A stretch of 64,000 bases of DNA from Camelus ferus (taxonomy: Eukaryota): positions 87,670,001 through 87,734,000 of the forward strand of contig NC_045696.1 in assembly GCF_009834535.1 (NCBI RefSeq), written 5' to 3'. Under the pieces are notes generated by a model that had not been told where the DNA came from, did no database searches, and saw only the letters and a list, made by a program, of their open reading frames with translations. The position numbers were made by a program, and so were the translations under genes. Within the stretch, counting starts at the first letter, position 1; each line of letters starts with the position of its first letter. Shown here in pieces: positions 39,401 through 52,269 of this stretch.

Positions 39401-39819
39401 GAGAAATTTATCTTTCTTACAACAGTAATCAAAATAATTTAAAAGATAAATATAAATAATACAATTTATTTTTGTTATAATAATATTGTAATATCATAAT
39501 TAAAATATATAGGGCAGTGATGTAGTTTCAAGAGTAAATCAGATGGTACCATTAAAACCTGCTTGTTTTAATGGGGTTGTTCTGCGTGTTCCAACCAGTA
39601 AAAACACGTATTCTTACTCCAAACAACATTTTTGCAAAAAACTTTTTTAATACAATGGATAAAATAGTTGGTTTTTTTCAATGGTTTATAATATAAGTAG
39701 AATTTGTGGCAAATTACTCATAGGTGACAGCCTAATGTTCATTGTTATCCATATTCCTTGATTTTGTTGAGAGCATCAGTGTATCAAGCTCTAGAAAATG
39801 TATAAAGATTGTTTTAAGA

Positions 39820-40175
39820 CATTCCCAATCCTACTTCCTGCTTCTTCAGAACTCTTTGCGGTTGGGGTGCCCATGGGCCTCAGTTTTAGGCAATGAGACT
39901 AAAGCAGAAGCCTGTCAAGTGATTTCTAGGAATGTTTTTGCTTTTCTGCTCTGGCACTGACTTTTCCTGCCATTCCTAGAGGTGTAGCAGCCATCTTGAG
40001 GACCAGGACCAAAATGCCAGCATATTATGACAATGGAATAGAAAGCCAGAAGGATGAAACCTTAAGCTACTAACCAACCTCCCTCTAGTTTTCTCACTAT
40101 AAGAAATAAATAAATGCTAGATTTCTAAGACATAATTTCAGCTGTGGTCCCTGCTACCTGTAAGTAGATGTAATT
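39820..40175 (+). mobile_element. Old MaLR LTR (MLT1H/I-like)
   Basis: ctcagttttaggcaatgagactaaagcagaagcctg...tttctaggaatgtttttgcttttctg...gcagccatcttg. Confidence 0.75.
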
Positions 40176-40649
40176 TTTAGAATATATGAAAGATTGATTG
40201 AATGAATGAATTGATATTACACAAAAGTCAATAAGCCTGCAATCATAAAAGATAAAATCAGTAAGAATAGGCATTTCAAGAGTGTTTTTACATGAGTCAA
40301 TAAAATACATGGTCCAAAATAAAAGCTTCATTAAACTGTTGTCTCCTCTGGCTTGATTAAATTCATGATTTGCTTTAACTTGGAACAGATACAGCCTTTA
40401 AATAAATTTCAGAGTCCCTTTCATTAAATTCTCTATGATAATGGCAATCTTGTATCCTCAAATAAATCAATTTACCTACACCCCCCCCCCAAAAAAAAAT
40501 GCTGAAAAGAACAGAGAAGTAAATATTAAGAAAATAAAACCCTTTCAACGCTCTGAACCTTTATTTCATCATATGGTACTTTCCCTCTAACTGTCATAAG
40601 CTATGAGACTCCACAATCCACCTCCAACCCCAACCTCATCCCCATTCCC

Positions 40650-40990
40650 ACTAGTGTCTGCCATTCAAATTAACCCCTTTTGCTTTTTTTTTAGGTTCTA
40701 TTACATGCTCAAAATTATCTTACTACTGTTTTCTCTCCTCTCACTCTCTCTTTTTGTGGCTTACTGGTTTGTCTGCCCTCCTCACAAATGAAATATAAGC
40801 TACAGCAGGGCATAATTGAGTCCTTATGAAAATTTAATCTAAAGAATTAGAAAAGTTCCTAAAATATTGGAGACAATAAATAAGTGATAAATGAATTAAG
40901 AAATAAAGGAAGAGAGAATAATGATGAATAAACACAGCCCTTGCAATATCTAAGTATCTAGTACATAACAGGCATCAATGAATATTAAAT
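40650..40990 (+). mobile_element. L2 3' end relic with adjacent MIR-like tail
   Basis: tttgtctgccctcctcacaaatgaaatataagctacagcagggca...aataaataagtgataaatgaattaa. Confidence 0.45.
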
Positions 40991-41594
40991 AATTTTAAGA
41001 AAACATTTATATACTCTTGCTGTCCAAGTGCCACATACTGATTTTCAGCTCAATGCAGGTTTTCTACAGAATCATTAGAGTTTGTATTATAAACCAGCAG
41101 CTAATTTATTAGGATAACCACAATAATATTTTCTTATTTCTAATTTTAAAATCATAGGAGCAAAGAATCAGTGAAGTTGTTGCTCATTACTGATAGGATA
41201 AAGTCTTATTTTGAATTAGTAACAATACTACTCTAATGAAAAAAATACAAGGTATTTTTAACTTCTCCCAATTCTAAACCATCTTCAGAATTGTGCCATC
41301 AATTACCAGTTTGTAATTGTAGATGTAACAACATTCTAAAACAAGGAATAGAAAAGAGAACCTCATGAAATAGGTTTTAAATTAAGAGTCTTGTAGTTTC
41401 ATTTTTTAATCATTTTTCTATGTATGAAAATATAAAAGTGGGATAAAAATTCAAACAAGAAAGATTATACAATGAAAAGTGTCTTTCTCCCACTTCAGAA
41501 TATGTTCCTACCTGAGTGAGGCAATAGTCATCAACATCAATGTGTTTGGGGAAAAAAAAAAAAAAAAACCAAAACTAAATACATGCCCCATGAA

Positions 41595-42786
41595 AGAAAT
41601 GATTGATAAGCTAGATTTAATTAAAAATACATACTTCCGCAAAAAAACAATATTGAGAGAATTAAAAGACAAGACACAGACTGGGAGAAAATATTTGCAA
41701 AAGACACATCTGACAAAAGACTATTACCCAAAATATATAAAGAACTCTTACAACTCAACAATAAGAAATCAGACAACCCAATTAAATAATAGGCCAAAGA
41801 CCTTAACAGACATCTCACCTAAGAAGATATACAGATGGCAAGTAAACATGTGAACAGATGCTCCACATCATATCTCACCAGGGAAATGCGTATTAAAACA
41901 ACAATGAGATACTACTGCATATCTATTAGAATGACAAAATCCAGAGTACTGATAACGAAAGATGTGGAGCAGTAAGAATTCTCATTCATTGCTGGTGAGA
42001 ATGCAAAATGGTACAGCCATTTGGAAGATGGTTTGGCTGTTTCTTATAAAACCATACATATTGTTACCATATGATCCAGCTATCATGCTCCTTGAAATTC
42101 ACCCAAAGGAACAGAAAACTTATGTCCACACAGAAACCTGCACATGGATGTTTGTAGCAGTTTTACTCATAATTATTAAAATTTGGAAGCAACCAAGATA
42201 TCTCTAAGAGGGTGATAGAAAAACTGTAGTGCATCCAAACAACGGAATAATTTCAGTGCTAAAAAGTAATGCACTCTCAGGCCATGCAAAAACATGGAGA
42301 AACCTTAAATGTATATTACTAAGTAAAAGATGACAATCTGAAAATGCTACATAATATATGATTCCAACATACGACATTCTGGAAAAGGCAAAACAATGGA
42401 GAGAATAGAAAGATCAGTGGTTGTCAGGGCTTGGGGTGAAGGGGTATGGATGAATAGGCAGAAGTACAGAAGACTTGGGGGGCAATGAAAATACTCTGTA
42501 TAATATTACAGTGATGCATGTGTGTCATTATACACTTGTCCAAACCTGTAAAATGTACCACACCAATAGTGAATCCTAATGTAAACTATGGACTTTTGGT
42601 AATTATGATGTTATTGTAGATGTATTTATCCTTGGTTAAAAAAAGAAAAGTACCATTCTGTTGAGTGATGCTGATAATGTGAGAGGCTATGCAAGTTTGG
42701 GGCAGGGAATATATTGAAAATCCCCCTGCTTTCCTCGCCATTTTGTTGTGAACATAAAACTGCTCTAAAAAATAAAGTCTTAAAAA
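41595..42786 (+). mobile_element. 5'-truncated L1MC1-like element
   Basis: ORF2 end (LPYDPAIMLLEIHPKEQKTYVHTETCTWMFVA) and L1MC 3' UTR (gacattctggaaaaggcaaaac...aatcctaatgtaaactatggac...aaaactgctctaaaaaataaagtc). Confidence 0.93.
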
Positions 42787-42799
42787 GGAAGAACCAGAA

Positions 42800-43198
42800 A
42801 AGGAAGGCAAAAGGAGAAGCCAGAGAGATTGGGGCATGAGAAACATTCAATACACTGTTGCTGGCTTTCAAGATGGAGGGGTTCAATTTTAAGGACTATC
42901 TAAGAGCCAAGAAAAATGAAAAGATCCTTGATCAAACCCAGCAAGGAAACAGTCTCACAACTACAAACAACTTAATCGACTAATAAACTAAATGAGTTGA
43001 GAAGTGAATTCTTTTTTACAGCCACCAGAAAAAAGCCCAGCCTAGTCAACATTTAGGCTTCATGAGACCCCCAAATAGAAAATTCAGTTACACCACTCCA
43101 AACCTGTAACTTATAAAACTGTGAGAAAATAAATGGGTATTGATTATCAGCCACCAAATTTGTGGAATTCATCATTTAGTAATATAAAACTCACACAC
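42800..43198 (+). mobile_element. MaLR LTR (MLT1E-like), 3' part
   Basis: ctgttgctggctttcaagatggagg...ccagcaaggaaaca...aactgtgagaaaataaatgggtattg...aaatttgtgg. Confidence 0.85.
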
Positions 43199-43249
43199 AG
43201 TTCTTATATATTAGTATGAAACTAATATACACACATACAATATACATAT

Positions 43250-44030
43250 AAGTGATCCTTCCAATATGCTGATTTAACATTTCCTTGACCTGCTTTCTTT
43301 CACTTATCTTGATTTCCACTTCACCTTAGCCACTCATACTCAAGGTCATACCCTATACATTGTCATACAATAATCCCACTCTTCAAACCTGACCTATTAG
43401 TTAACCAGCTTATTATCTCTAATACCTTGACTAGAACAATCATTTGTATCTGGCCAGCAATCTATTGATATTAACATCCTCCTTTTCCTCTTACATTTAC
43501 GGCTGGCCTTCAGTATCCACAGGGGACTGGTTCCAAGACCCACCAACATCTGTAGATGCTAAAGTTTCATTGTCAGCCTTCAGTTTCCAAGGTTTGCATC
43601 CACAGACTGAACCAACTACAGATCCTGTAGTAACTGAAGTATGTGCTTATTGAAAAAAATCTGTGCATAAGTGGACCCATGCAGTTCAAACCTGTGCTAT
43701 TCAAGGTCAAGGATGCTTTCCTTCTAAAACCTTATGTTTCTTGAGGAAGCGTTATAATCACTCCTTAAAATCCATCTTCAAACTCAGTTTCTCCTCTTCT
43801 GCTTCTTTGTACTCATTTAAAAATGAACCATAGGCTAAATACAACTCTTCACCTAGGTGTGGCTGTGCCCAGGCATCTGAGCACAGTTGGAGGAAGACAT
43901 CACAGTAATGTTGCTTGTAGCCCCAGCTCACTTGCCTCAAGTAGACCCTCCATGTTATCTGTAATCCTATTGTATTTCTTACTCTGGCTACTCTCAGTTT
44001 CAAACTCTCCTAGACTAATGGTTTCCTTTT
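43250..44030 (+). mobile_element. L2 ORF relic interrupted by MER8
   Basis: ttccacttcaccttagccactcatactcaaggtcataccctatacattgtcat; aaccataggctaaatacaactcttcacct...cacagttggaggaagacatcaca. Confidence 0.7.
43500..43712 (+). mobile_element. MER8-like Tigger (Tc1/mariner) non-autonomous DNA transposon
   Basis: cagtatccacaggggactggttccaagaccc...gaaaaaaatctgtgcataagtggacccatgcagttcaaacctgtgctattcaaggtcaa; ta immediately 5'. Confidence 0.85.
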
Positions 44031-44420
44031 TTTTACAATTCTAAATAAAATTTTAAAAAATACTATGTCCAACTGATATTTTTAAGATTGCATCTAAAAC
44101 TTTTCATCACAATTTTAAATATGTTTATATCTTATTAACAGGAAAGTAAAATATTAAATAATTTATAAGATAAATCAGGAATGTCATTACTTGGAATAAG
44201 CATTGCATATATTTTTATAATAGGTGCTAAATATCTTGTTGAATAAAGCACAAAGCCCTGAGAAATATCCTATGTGTTCACTAGGCATTCAAAGATTCTT
44301 CGTAATGTATGAAACTCCATCATTGTGTCAGGTTGATGCTAAGCAGGAAGTCAAGAAAGCAAATGGTTTCTCTACCCTCTCCAGGCTTCCAAAATATGGA
44401 GATATGAACTAGAATCTTAC

Positions 44421-44499
44421 CTTGAGGAAGTGCTGCGCTCTGATATTAATCATGGTGCCAATGAAAAGTCCACAGTTCAGCAGTGAGAGCACTTCGTTC
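44421..44499 (-). other. Candidate internal exon (79 nt)
   Basis: Minus strand: ccacttacttccattgcag|GAACGA...CTCAAG|gtaaga; one open frame NEVLSLLNCGLFIGTMINIRAQHFLK, not recognised. Confidence 0.4.
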
Positions 44500-44751
44500 C
44501 TGCAATGGAAGTAAGTGGTAATGAGTGCCCTGTAATGGAGGCAGCAACAACAGCATCTTAACTCATTGCTTATTGGCTGCAAACACTGTTCTGGCTCATG
44601 TTCATTATCTATACTGGGTCCCCCAGCATACCCACAGGTTCTTTAAGTTACCTTATATCTTTCCAATCAATTCCGTTACCTGTGATCAAGAATATGAACT
44701 ATAAAATAGGTATGAAGTGTTGTGGATGCTACATTCATGACAGCTCACAGT

Positions 44752-44868
44752 TGAGAGACAGTGAGAGAGAAAGTGAGAAAGAGAGACAGAAATAGAGAAA
44801 CACATACACATAGAGAAAAAGAAAGTGAGGGAGAGAAACAGAGAGAAGGGAGAAATGAGGAAGAGGAG
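44752..44868. repeat. GA-rich low-complexity tract
   Basis: gagagacagtgagagagaaagtgagaaagagagacagaaatagag... Confidence 0.8.
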
Positions 44869-45049
44869 CACAAAAACTACATGTTTCTGCTTCTAAATCC
44901 AAAGAAATAATCCCTGCAGTGGGAAACACCCACCAGAGCTAAGAAGTAGTGGCATTTCATCGGCACTTTTTAAGAACAAGGAAGAGCAATATAGGAAAAG
45001 TAAGTAACACTGGTGCATTTCTGAAAAATTCATAAAATAACACATTTGA

Positions 45050-45860
45050 GAAATAATCAGTTATCAAAAAGCCTGAATGGGTTAAATTCCTCTATTAAAA
45101 TGCAACTATTCATTTACTAAATCAAAGAGAGAGAGAGCATTAAAGATTACAAGGATACCAGGAAAACAGAACATTCAAAGCAAAGAGATAGTCTAAGAAT
45201 ACAGAGTGCTTTTACAGACTACATTCTTGGATTTATAAGCAATCAAACTTTAATACTTAGAAATGTATACTTTTCCTAAATAACTCCTGGATTAAAATTA
45301 AAATGAAATTTCTAACTATACACAAAGTGATTAAAAGCAGATTAGATCACACCCAAATCTATGTTATACAGCAAAAGCTCTAAGGAAAACCTATCAGCAT
45401 GAATGCTGTAATTATTTAAAGTGTAAAAAGATGAAAGGATTGGGGGAAGGGGGAGAGAGAAGGAGGGAGGAAGGAAGGAAGATAATTATCTTCACTTAAT
45501 CTAAATGGGATAAGAAGAAATTACACCCTGAAAAGAAGATTGAAATAACAATTTTTAAACAAATTGAGAATTTTTTAAAAGAGAAAAAGAGAAAAATAAC
45601 AACAAAAAAAGAGAAAACATTACTAAAACCTAAGGTTGGGTTTTTAAAAGTAAATAAATAAAATGGATAACTTCTGAAAAGACTGATTAATGAATGATAA
45701 AACAGAGAATGAAAATTGTGTATTAAAAATAAAATAATATTATGACCGAATTCAATACACAACTCAAAGAAAACATCTTTGAAATACTAAAAGAAATTGC
45801 TTATCTTCTAACAAAATTTATGGAAATCATGTTTTTTTTAAGATGAAAGAAAAATCCTCA
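45050..45860 (+). mobile_element. Very old L1 ORF2 relic (endonuclease-proximal)
   Basis: aatgggttaaattcctctattaaaa, ctaaataactcctggatt, aaaacctaaggttgggtttttaaaag...aatggataacttctgaaaagactgatt colinear with L1 ORF2. Confidence 0.65.
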
Positions 45861-46214
45861 ACAAAGACATGACCATCCAGGCTACTGGAGAATAAATTCC
45901 AGGGGCGCTACCTTGTGCAAGTGTGTGTGTGGAGGAGGAAGGGCAGGGTGGCCCAAGCCCTGCCTCATCTAACATGACATCCACACTGAGGACCAGAGAG
46001 GCAACTCTGTGGACCCTATGGCTCATAAGAACACAGAATGTAAACACCTCTGGGGGTGATGAGAAATCACTGAAGACTTCTGAGTAGTAAGCACCACATT
46101 CAAAGTGCATGCTCCATCTCTCTGGGTTGATGACAGTAACAATGTGGGATGGAGAGAAAAGAGCTACAGGGTACAAAGTAGGGGCACCGTGGCTGGGGAG
46201 ACGTGATAAAGCTT

Positions 46215-46420
46215 GAGGCAGGGCACTCTGAAAATAGACAGAGATGGAGAGTCAGGGACAAATAGGACAAAAGTTTTGAAGGTAGAATTGACAGCACTTG
46301 GTGACAGATTGGAAGGTGTAATTAAGGGACACAAAGGCTTCTAGAATTGGGCTCTAGTTTTAGGTCATGTGCAGCTGGAAGGCATGCAAAATGAGGAGAA
46401 TAGAAAAAAAGAATAGGGTT
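46215..46420 (-). mobile_element. L2 relic
   Basis: gttttgaaggtagaattgacagcacttggtgacagattgga. Confidence 0.75.
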
Positions 46421-46674
46421 ACAGCAGGTCGAGGGAAGAGCCTGAGAAATGAACAAAGGGACAAAACCCATTTCTCTAGTGTTCTGTTGCTGGAAATTAA
46501 AGGATGCCTTTCTGAGCCATTAGGTCTTGTAGTGAGTGCTTGCTACAGTGAAGTAGCTCCCAGGACAGACACACAAACGCAAACTGAAGAAATGGGATTT
46601 ATCTATGCAAAATATTTCAAAGCAAAATGGTTTAAAATTTCTAATTTTTGCTATGAAAAGTAGAAGCTTATATT

Positions 46675-47110
46675 TATTAGAACCAAGTTTACCTAAAAGC
46701 TACAGAAAACCAAAAATAAGCAATGGCTTAAGCAATATAGAAATTCATTTACTTTTTATATAACCAGAGCACTCTTAATCTGGTTTAGCCATTCCACAAT
46801 CATCCAGGACACAGCTTCTGTCTTGTTTCATTAACTTTGACAGCTTTCACTTCATGGTCCAAACTAGCTACTCTATATCCAGGCAACAGGAAGACATGTC
46901 TCTATTCTTTAAGTATACCTTTCAAAATTTAACTCAAACAATTTCCCTTAAATCTCATTATATGTCATGGACACTTGATCTTGCTTCTCTAAAAAGGAGT
47001 CAGGGTAATTTAGCTTTTATTTTGGGCAGCCAATGTGCCTCTCTAAAATTGGAAGGTCCTAACACTGTAGAAGAAATGGAGATTGGATTTTGGTGGACAA
47101 CCACACAATT
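46675..47110 (-). mobile_element. Old MaLR LTR (MLT1H/I/J-like), antisense
   Basis: acagaaaaccaaaaataagcaatggcttaagcaatatagaa...catccaggacacagcttc...ggcagccaatgtgcctctctaaaattgg. Confidence 0.7.
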
Positions 47111-47891
47111 CAATTCTATTTCTAATTGAAATAAGAAAAAATTTGTATTCTAATATGCGGATATACCATGTCATGCTCTGTTAGTGAGAGAGAAACTCCT
47201 CAGTAATGTTACATTTGCATGAAAACATTTAGATCTAGATTTCCTGAGTTGATCAATTCACTTTATTCCTGTAATGCCTAGTATTGGTTTTTAACCTTTA
47301 TGACTCCCTATTTAATCAGACACTGCTACAGAAGCTCACACTTTTGGATTTCCTTGGCATCTTTTTAGTTTTTATCTATTAATAGTAAGTAGATGTATCA
47401 AAGCCTTGTATTGCCTGTTGTGTGGTACTGCAAATCTGAGCAAAGAAATTGAATGACACTCATCCAGGTTCTAAGAATATAGGCAGAAAATCTGTAACCA
47501 AAAACATGGCAGGGAAATAAAAGAGAACTTTGAAGGCCAAGGGCATAAAGGCAAGAAAGAGAAAATAAATCAAGCGGAAGAGGAAAAGAAAAATAAAAAA
47601 GGAGTTTTCTCTGAGAGGAAGAAAAACATAAGAAATAACATGTTGGAAAAGTCAGAAAACATGAGAATGAGCCCCTAAACCCAAATGATATCATTAAAGT
47701 AGCATTTTAATTGCACAAATCTGTTCTAATCACAACAGTATTAGTAGTATTATGTACTGTACAAGCATAAGTCTAGAAATACCCCTAGAGATAGTAAGTA
47801 AGGCTATATCTAAAAATGTCATGGCTAAATATTCTGTCAATCACTTACATCAATTGATTTGCTTTATTACCCAATTTAGTCAAAACAGCTC

Positions 47892-48217
47892 AAGCACAGA
47901 AAGAAAAATGTCATATGATATCATTTATATGTGGAATCTAAAAAAAAGGACACAAATGAACTTATCTGCAAAACAGAAACAGACTCACAGACATAGAGAC
48001 CAAACATGATTACCAGAGGGCAGACGGGGTGGGAAGGGATAAATTGGGAACTCAAAATTTGCACCTCCTGGGGAGTGATGGAAAAGTTAGCTATCTTGAT
48101 TGTGGTGGTGGTTTCATGGGTATATACATCTATCAAAATTCATCAAGTTGTACATCTGAAATATATGTAGTTTACTGTATGAAAACCATACCATAATAAA
48201 GGTGTTAAAAAAAAAAA
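47892..48217 (+). mobile_element. Composite L1 3' end: young camelid-like UTR (to ~48063) joined to an old L1MC/MD-like terminus
   Basis: First half matches the 12871 copy up to atttgca, then switches to gtgatggaaaagttagctatcttgattgtggtggtggtttcatggg...aataaaggtgttaaaaaaa. Confidence 0.85.
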
Positions 48218-48345
48218 TGAAAGGAAATTGGAGGATCAGAGAGGTTAGTAATAGGTCCGAGGCTACACAGCTAATATGTAAGGCAGTAGGGTTTGGAATG
48301 TAGTTCTCTGACTCCTAGTCTAGGGTTCATTTCACTGAATCATAG
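48218..48345 (-). mobile_element. MIR
   Basis: ggaaattggaggatcagagaggttagtaa...ggctacacagctaat...ctctgactcctagtc. Confidence 0.8.
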
Positions 48346-49269
48346 AGTTGTCTGTGGATGAAATAGAAAGTCCAGGCTTCTTTGAGTTGGTGAAACTTTC
48401 TAGAATGTTTTGTTCAGTGGTAGGTGGTGAACTGGAAGATGTTCAGACTGGGGTGACTGGGATATAGCCCTTCATATCAGAGAATTAAAAGTTTTAAAAA
48501 ATGGAAATCTCAAAAAAAAAAAAAAATGTTACCCGTTTCTTTGTTTTCTATTAAGGATTTCCATAGTAGTTTTTAAGAGTTCTCAGTCTATTAAGGAAAA
48601 TTACCCTGTATCTGTCATATGAATTACAAACTTTCTGAACACAGGGGAAAAAAAACAAAAAAAGAAAAACAGTTCAAGCAGATTGATTACATACAAAGAT
48701 CTGAATACTTCGATTGATACCTTCCTTCACCTAGTGTGAAGTAAGGAGGAAAGATACTAAGATTTGCTCTCTTATTTTTGGTTCCTCCAACTTTCTTGTT
48801 TGTAAATACATTTTTATTCTAAGTGCATGAAATTTAAAAAGAACATTGCCTAATGTATCCTAGCTTCTTATAGAACTAAGCAAAGAAATGATGCATTATC
48901 ACCTACATTTACTTTGGCGATATTTAGTATCAGTTTAATTAGATTTTCCTCATGTAAGAATGAGTGAAATATAACACAAGAAGTATTTATTTCCAGAGAA
49001 ACATAATACATCTGAATTGTTTTCAACATCTAAAAGTTGCAATTCAGGAAGAAGTCTCTTGCATAGACACATTAATTACAATTCCTTCTTTTGAAAAGAA
49101 AATTATAAATAAGACTAGAAATAACATTTAATTAAACTCAGAGATTTTCTGCAATAAAATTTCTAAGAAGAAGAAAACGTCATCTGGACACACATTGTTA
49201 AAAACAGCTGCAGAAATGGCTTCAACAAGGAAGTTACTTGACTGGAAAATATACATATATATATATATA

Positions 49270-49323
49270 TATTTCATCTTGGGAGATATATTTATATATA
49301 TTTATATCTCCCAAGATGAAATA
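49270..49323. repeat. Perfect inverted repeat, 21-bp arms, 12-nt A/T spacer
   Basis: tatttcatcttgggagatata (49270-49290) is the exact reverse complement of tatatctcccaagatgaaata (49303-49323). Confidence 0.97.
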
Positions 49324-50871
49324 AGACAGGACCAGGGTAAGAACAATAAAAGAGTTGAGGTCAATAGACCCTACCTCCTATTTTGTATATAGTATACAGT
49401 TCCTAAATTCAGGATCTCCACACTTCCCTCATGTAACTTTATCACTTTTTGATACTGATGAGAATCTCTTTGACCTTTGAGAAATCTTGCATTTTCTACA
49501 CTGATACTGTGAGAAATGTTTATAGAACTGCAGATGCCAACGATTCCAACACTAAGAGCTAAGCAACTCCTAAAGTTGTATTTTAGAAATACTTTGGCAT
49601 TTCATAGCTACAAAAAAAAAAAAAAAAAGAAAGTCAGAACAACATGTACATCCAAAAAGATGATACAGGGCAGAGAAACAGAGTACATTTTCATGCTAGA
49701 GAAGTAGACATAATAAAATGTAAGGTATTCATTTTAAAAGCTGAGATTAAGGTGAGGATAGAAAGTTTATATTATGTTGAAATAGCCCATAAGAAATAAA
49801 ACCTTTTAATACCTGTAATCTTAATTTAAGTGTCAGTTAAAAAAAAAAAAGATGATCTATTTTTCACTAGACATATGTAAGTATTTACTTTGGATGGCCT
49901 CAGGCCCTAGGTGTCTTTGTTTTCTGGGTCTTTAAAAATATCCTCTTTATTTTGTTCTGAAGTAAGTCCTAAGGGTTGATTAATAGTAATAAAAATAAAT
50001 TATTCTCAACAAACCATGTTTGTAAGTGATGTATAATAAAAACTTACATATTGGGAGGTAATGAAGAATCACAGCTCAATAGTTTAAATAAGCCATAAAA
50101 GGCTCACATTCACATTTTGATTAATTATTGGAAAAGATAATTTACTAACATTTCTCTTGGCACAAAATTACTCCCTGATTTTGAAGATGTTTGTGCTATA
50201 ATGCAGATTACCCAAGAATCTTTACATTCATGGATTTGACATTTGTAATTTCAGCAATTCCCAAGGGATACAGTGATCCGTGACCTATAGTAATTTTAAA
50301 TTTTGCTGAAGTGCCAATTTATATGTGTTAATTGTGAGCAGAAATGGCACTAGAACTAGAAGAGTTCCAGGTCAAAGTTATAAATGAGGAACAACAAAAT
50401 CTTTTCAGAATCACTTAATTTTATCTTTTTGTTTCACCTTAAGGGAACAGTTCGGCAATGATTTTTGTCGTATTACTTTACTTTACCAATTATCTATGCA
50501 GCTATATCATCTACACTAATGTTTATCCTTCTTTGATTCATGACTTAAGTAAACAGTTCCATGCATATGGCCAGCAAACTGTGTATTTTACATTATTAAC
50601 ATTTCAATATCAAGTCATGCCTAATTCAGGAAATTCCTTAACATGGGATATTCCAAATAGTGTTTCCCTTAAAAGTTAGGGCTAAAAAATAAATTCACAT
50701 TTGCTTGCATATTTTATATAAACTACACATATAAATTAAGCAGTAGAACATTTATCTGTTTTGTAATTAAATAAAATGCTCCATTACACTAGAAAAACAA
50801 TTATTGAGGCCATTTATGGATTTCACATACCCAGGAGACTTAGCAGTCTCCAAATTCAATAAAATGCAATG

Positions 50872-51065
50872 CCTGTAGCAGACTGCCTGGGTTTGAATTC
50901 TGGCTCCTCCACTTACCCTTGTGGCTTTAGGTAAGTCACTTAACCTCTCTGTGCCTATTCCTTATAAACAGTTATGACCTCATATGTTTCTGTTGTGAGA
51001 ATTTAATCAGGTAATGTTAGCAGAAGTACTTGGCGTGTACTAAGGGCTCAGTAAATTTTAGCTTT
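50872..51065 (+). mobile_element. MIR (MIRb-like)
   Basis: cagactgcctgggtttgaattctggctcctccactta...ggtaagtcacttaacctctctgtgcct. Confidence 0.9.
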
Positions 51066-51295
51066 GCTGATGCTGACTCTGTTTAGAGGGCTCTAATTTG
51101 TTAGAGGGGGTTAATTAGGTTCTTAGTGGACTTAATTTATAGACTATATCTCAGCATAGTGTTAGCTTTTTTTTTTCTCAGTTACTTTATAATCTCATTC
51201 AACCAACTGACAGGCATTTATCTTCCCTTTCCTATAGATGAGGCAAATAAGAAAATTGTTTTAGAGACAGTTTTCGCTAGAAACAGGGGAAAGAA

Positions 51296-51465
51296 ACATA
51301 GACAGATAGGAGAGAGAGAGAGGCTGAAATAGACAGTGATAGATGATAGAACATAAGATAGGTAGGTCTATTAGTAGGTAAGTAGATAGGTAGATAAAAT
51401 GGATGGATGGACGGACGGATGGACCAACAGACAGATGGAAAGAAGGAGAACGAGAGATGATACAT
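51296..51465. repeat. Compound (TAGA/TAGG/GGAT/GGAC)n tetranucleotide tract
   Basis: atagacagatagg...agataggtagg...atggatggatggacggacggatgg. Confidence 0.85.
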
Positions 51466-52269
51466 AAATTATATAGTTTGTGTTAACATTACAGTTAAGA
51501 GGTGGCTGCCAATTTTGTAGAGAAAGGGCTCTGAGAATAAAGAATAGGCTATTTTAATAAAAATAATATTGATATATTTAAATTTTGCCCCCAAAGTTAA
51601 ATGCTTAATGTGGAAACTTGTCCTGTATAACCAGGAGAAAAGAATATACAGTTTACAGCCTATTTCAGTTTCTAATTTATACAACATTACACTATGATAT
51701 TAGTTACATAATTATATTGGCTGTGCACATAGAAATGTAAATAGATACGATTCACTACACTATTCCCTCAACTACAGAAAGTGAAATTCAGTGTGGGGGG
51801 ATCTCTCTCCTCATCCCTCCCTCCCTTCCTCTCTCTTCCTTCCTTTATTCATTTATTACTTCTCTGTACAACTTCCACTGAGTAGGAGCCCACCGGCATC
51901 TGAAAAATAGTTTAAACTCATAGTCACTCAGAATGTGACACTGTTTCAGCTATTCCTAGGACTCTGTACTTTTTGAAAAGATTATAAATAGTGTTATTTC
52001 TAACTTTAAAACATTCCATAGGAATCAAAATACTAAAAATATAAAGTGTAGTCTTGAATGACTTGTAACTTTGTGTAAAAGATAAAAACAAAAAACAAAA
52101 TACTAACTCCTTCAGAATCTGAAAGATGGTAAGTGTTATAAAATATTTCAGAAAGTATTTACTTTCTTAACCCTAAAAGCTCCATTTTCTCCCTTTATAA
52201 TTTCTTTGTAAATTGCGGGTAGTCTGAATAGTAAGATAAAATCAGTTGCTTCAAGTTTGTTCCCAGGAC

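Noticed and set aside
52101..52134. TACTAAC + ttcag + 13-nt micro-exon + gtaagt on the + strand
   Set aside because: Branch point is only about 9 nt from the AG, too close for normal splicing; exon not frame-preserving
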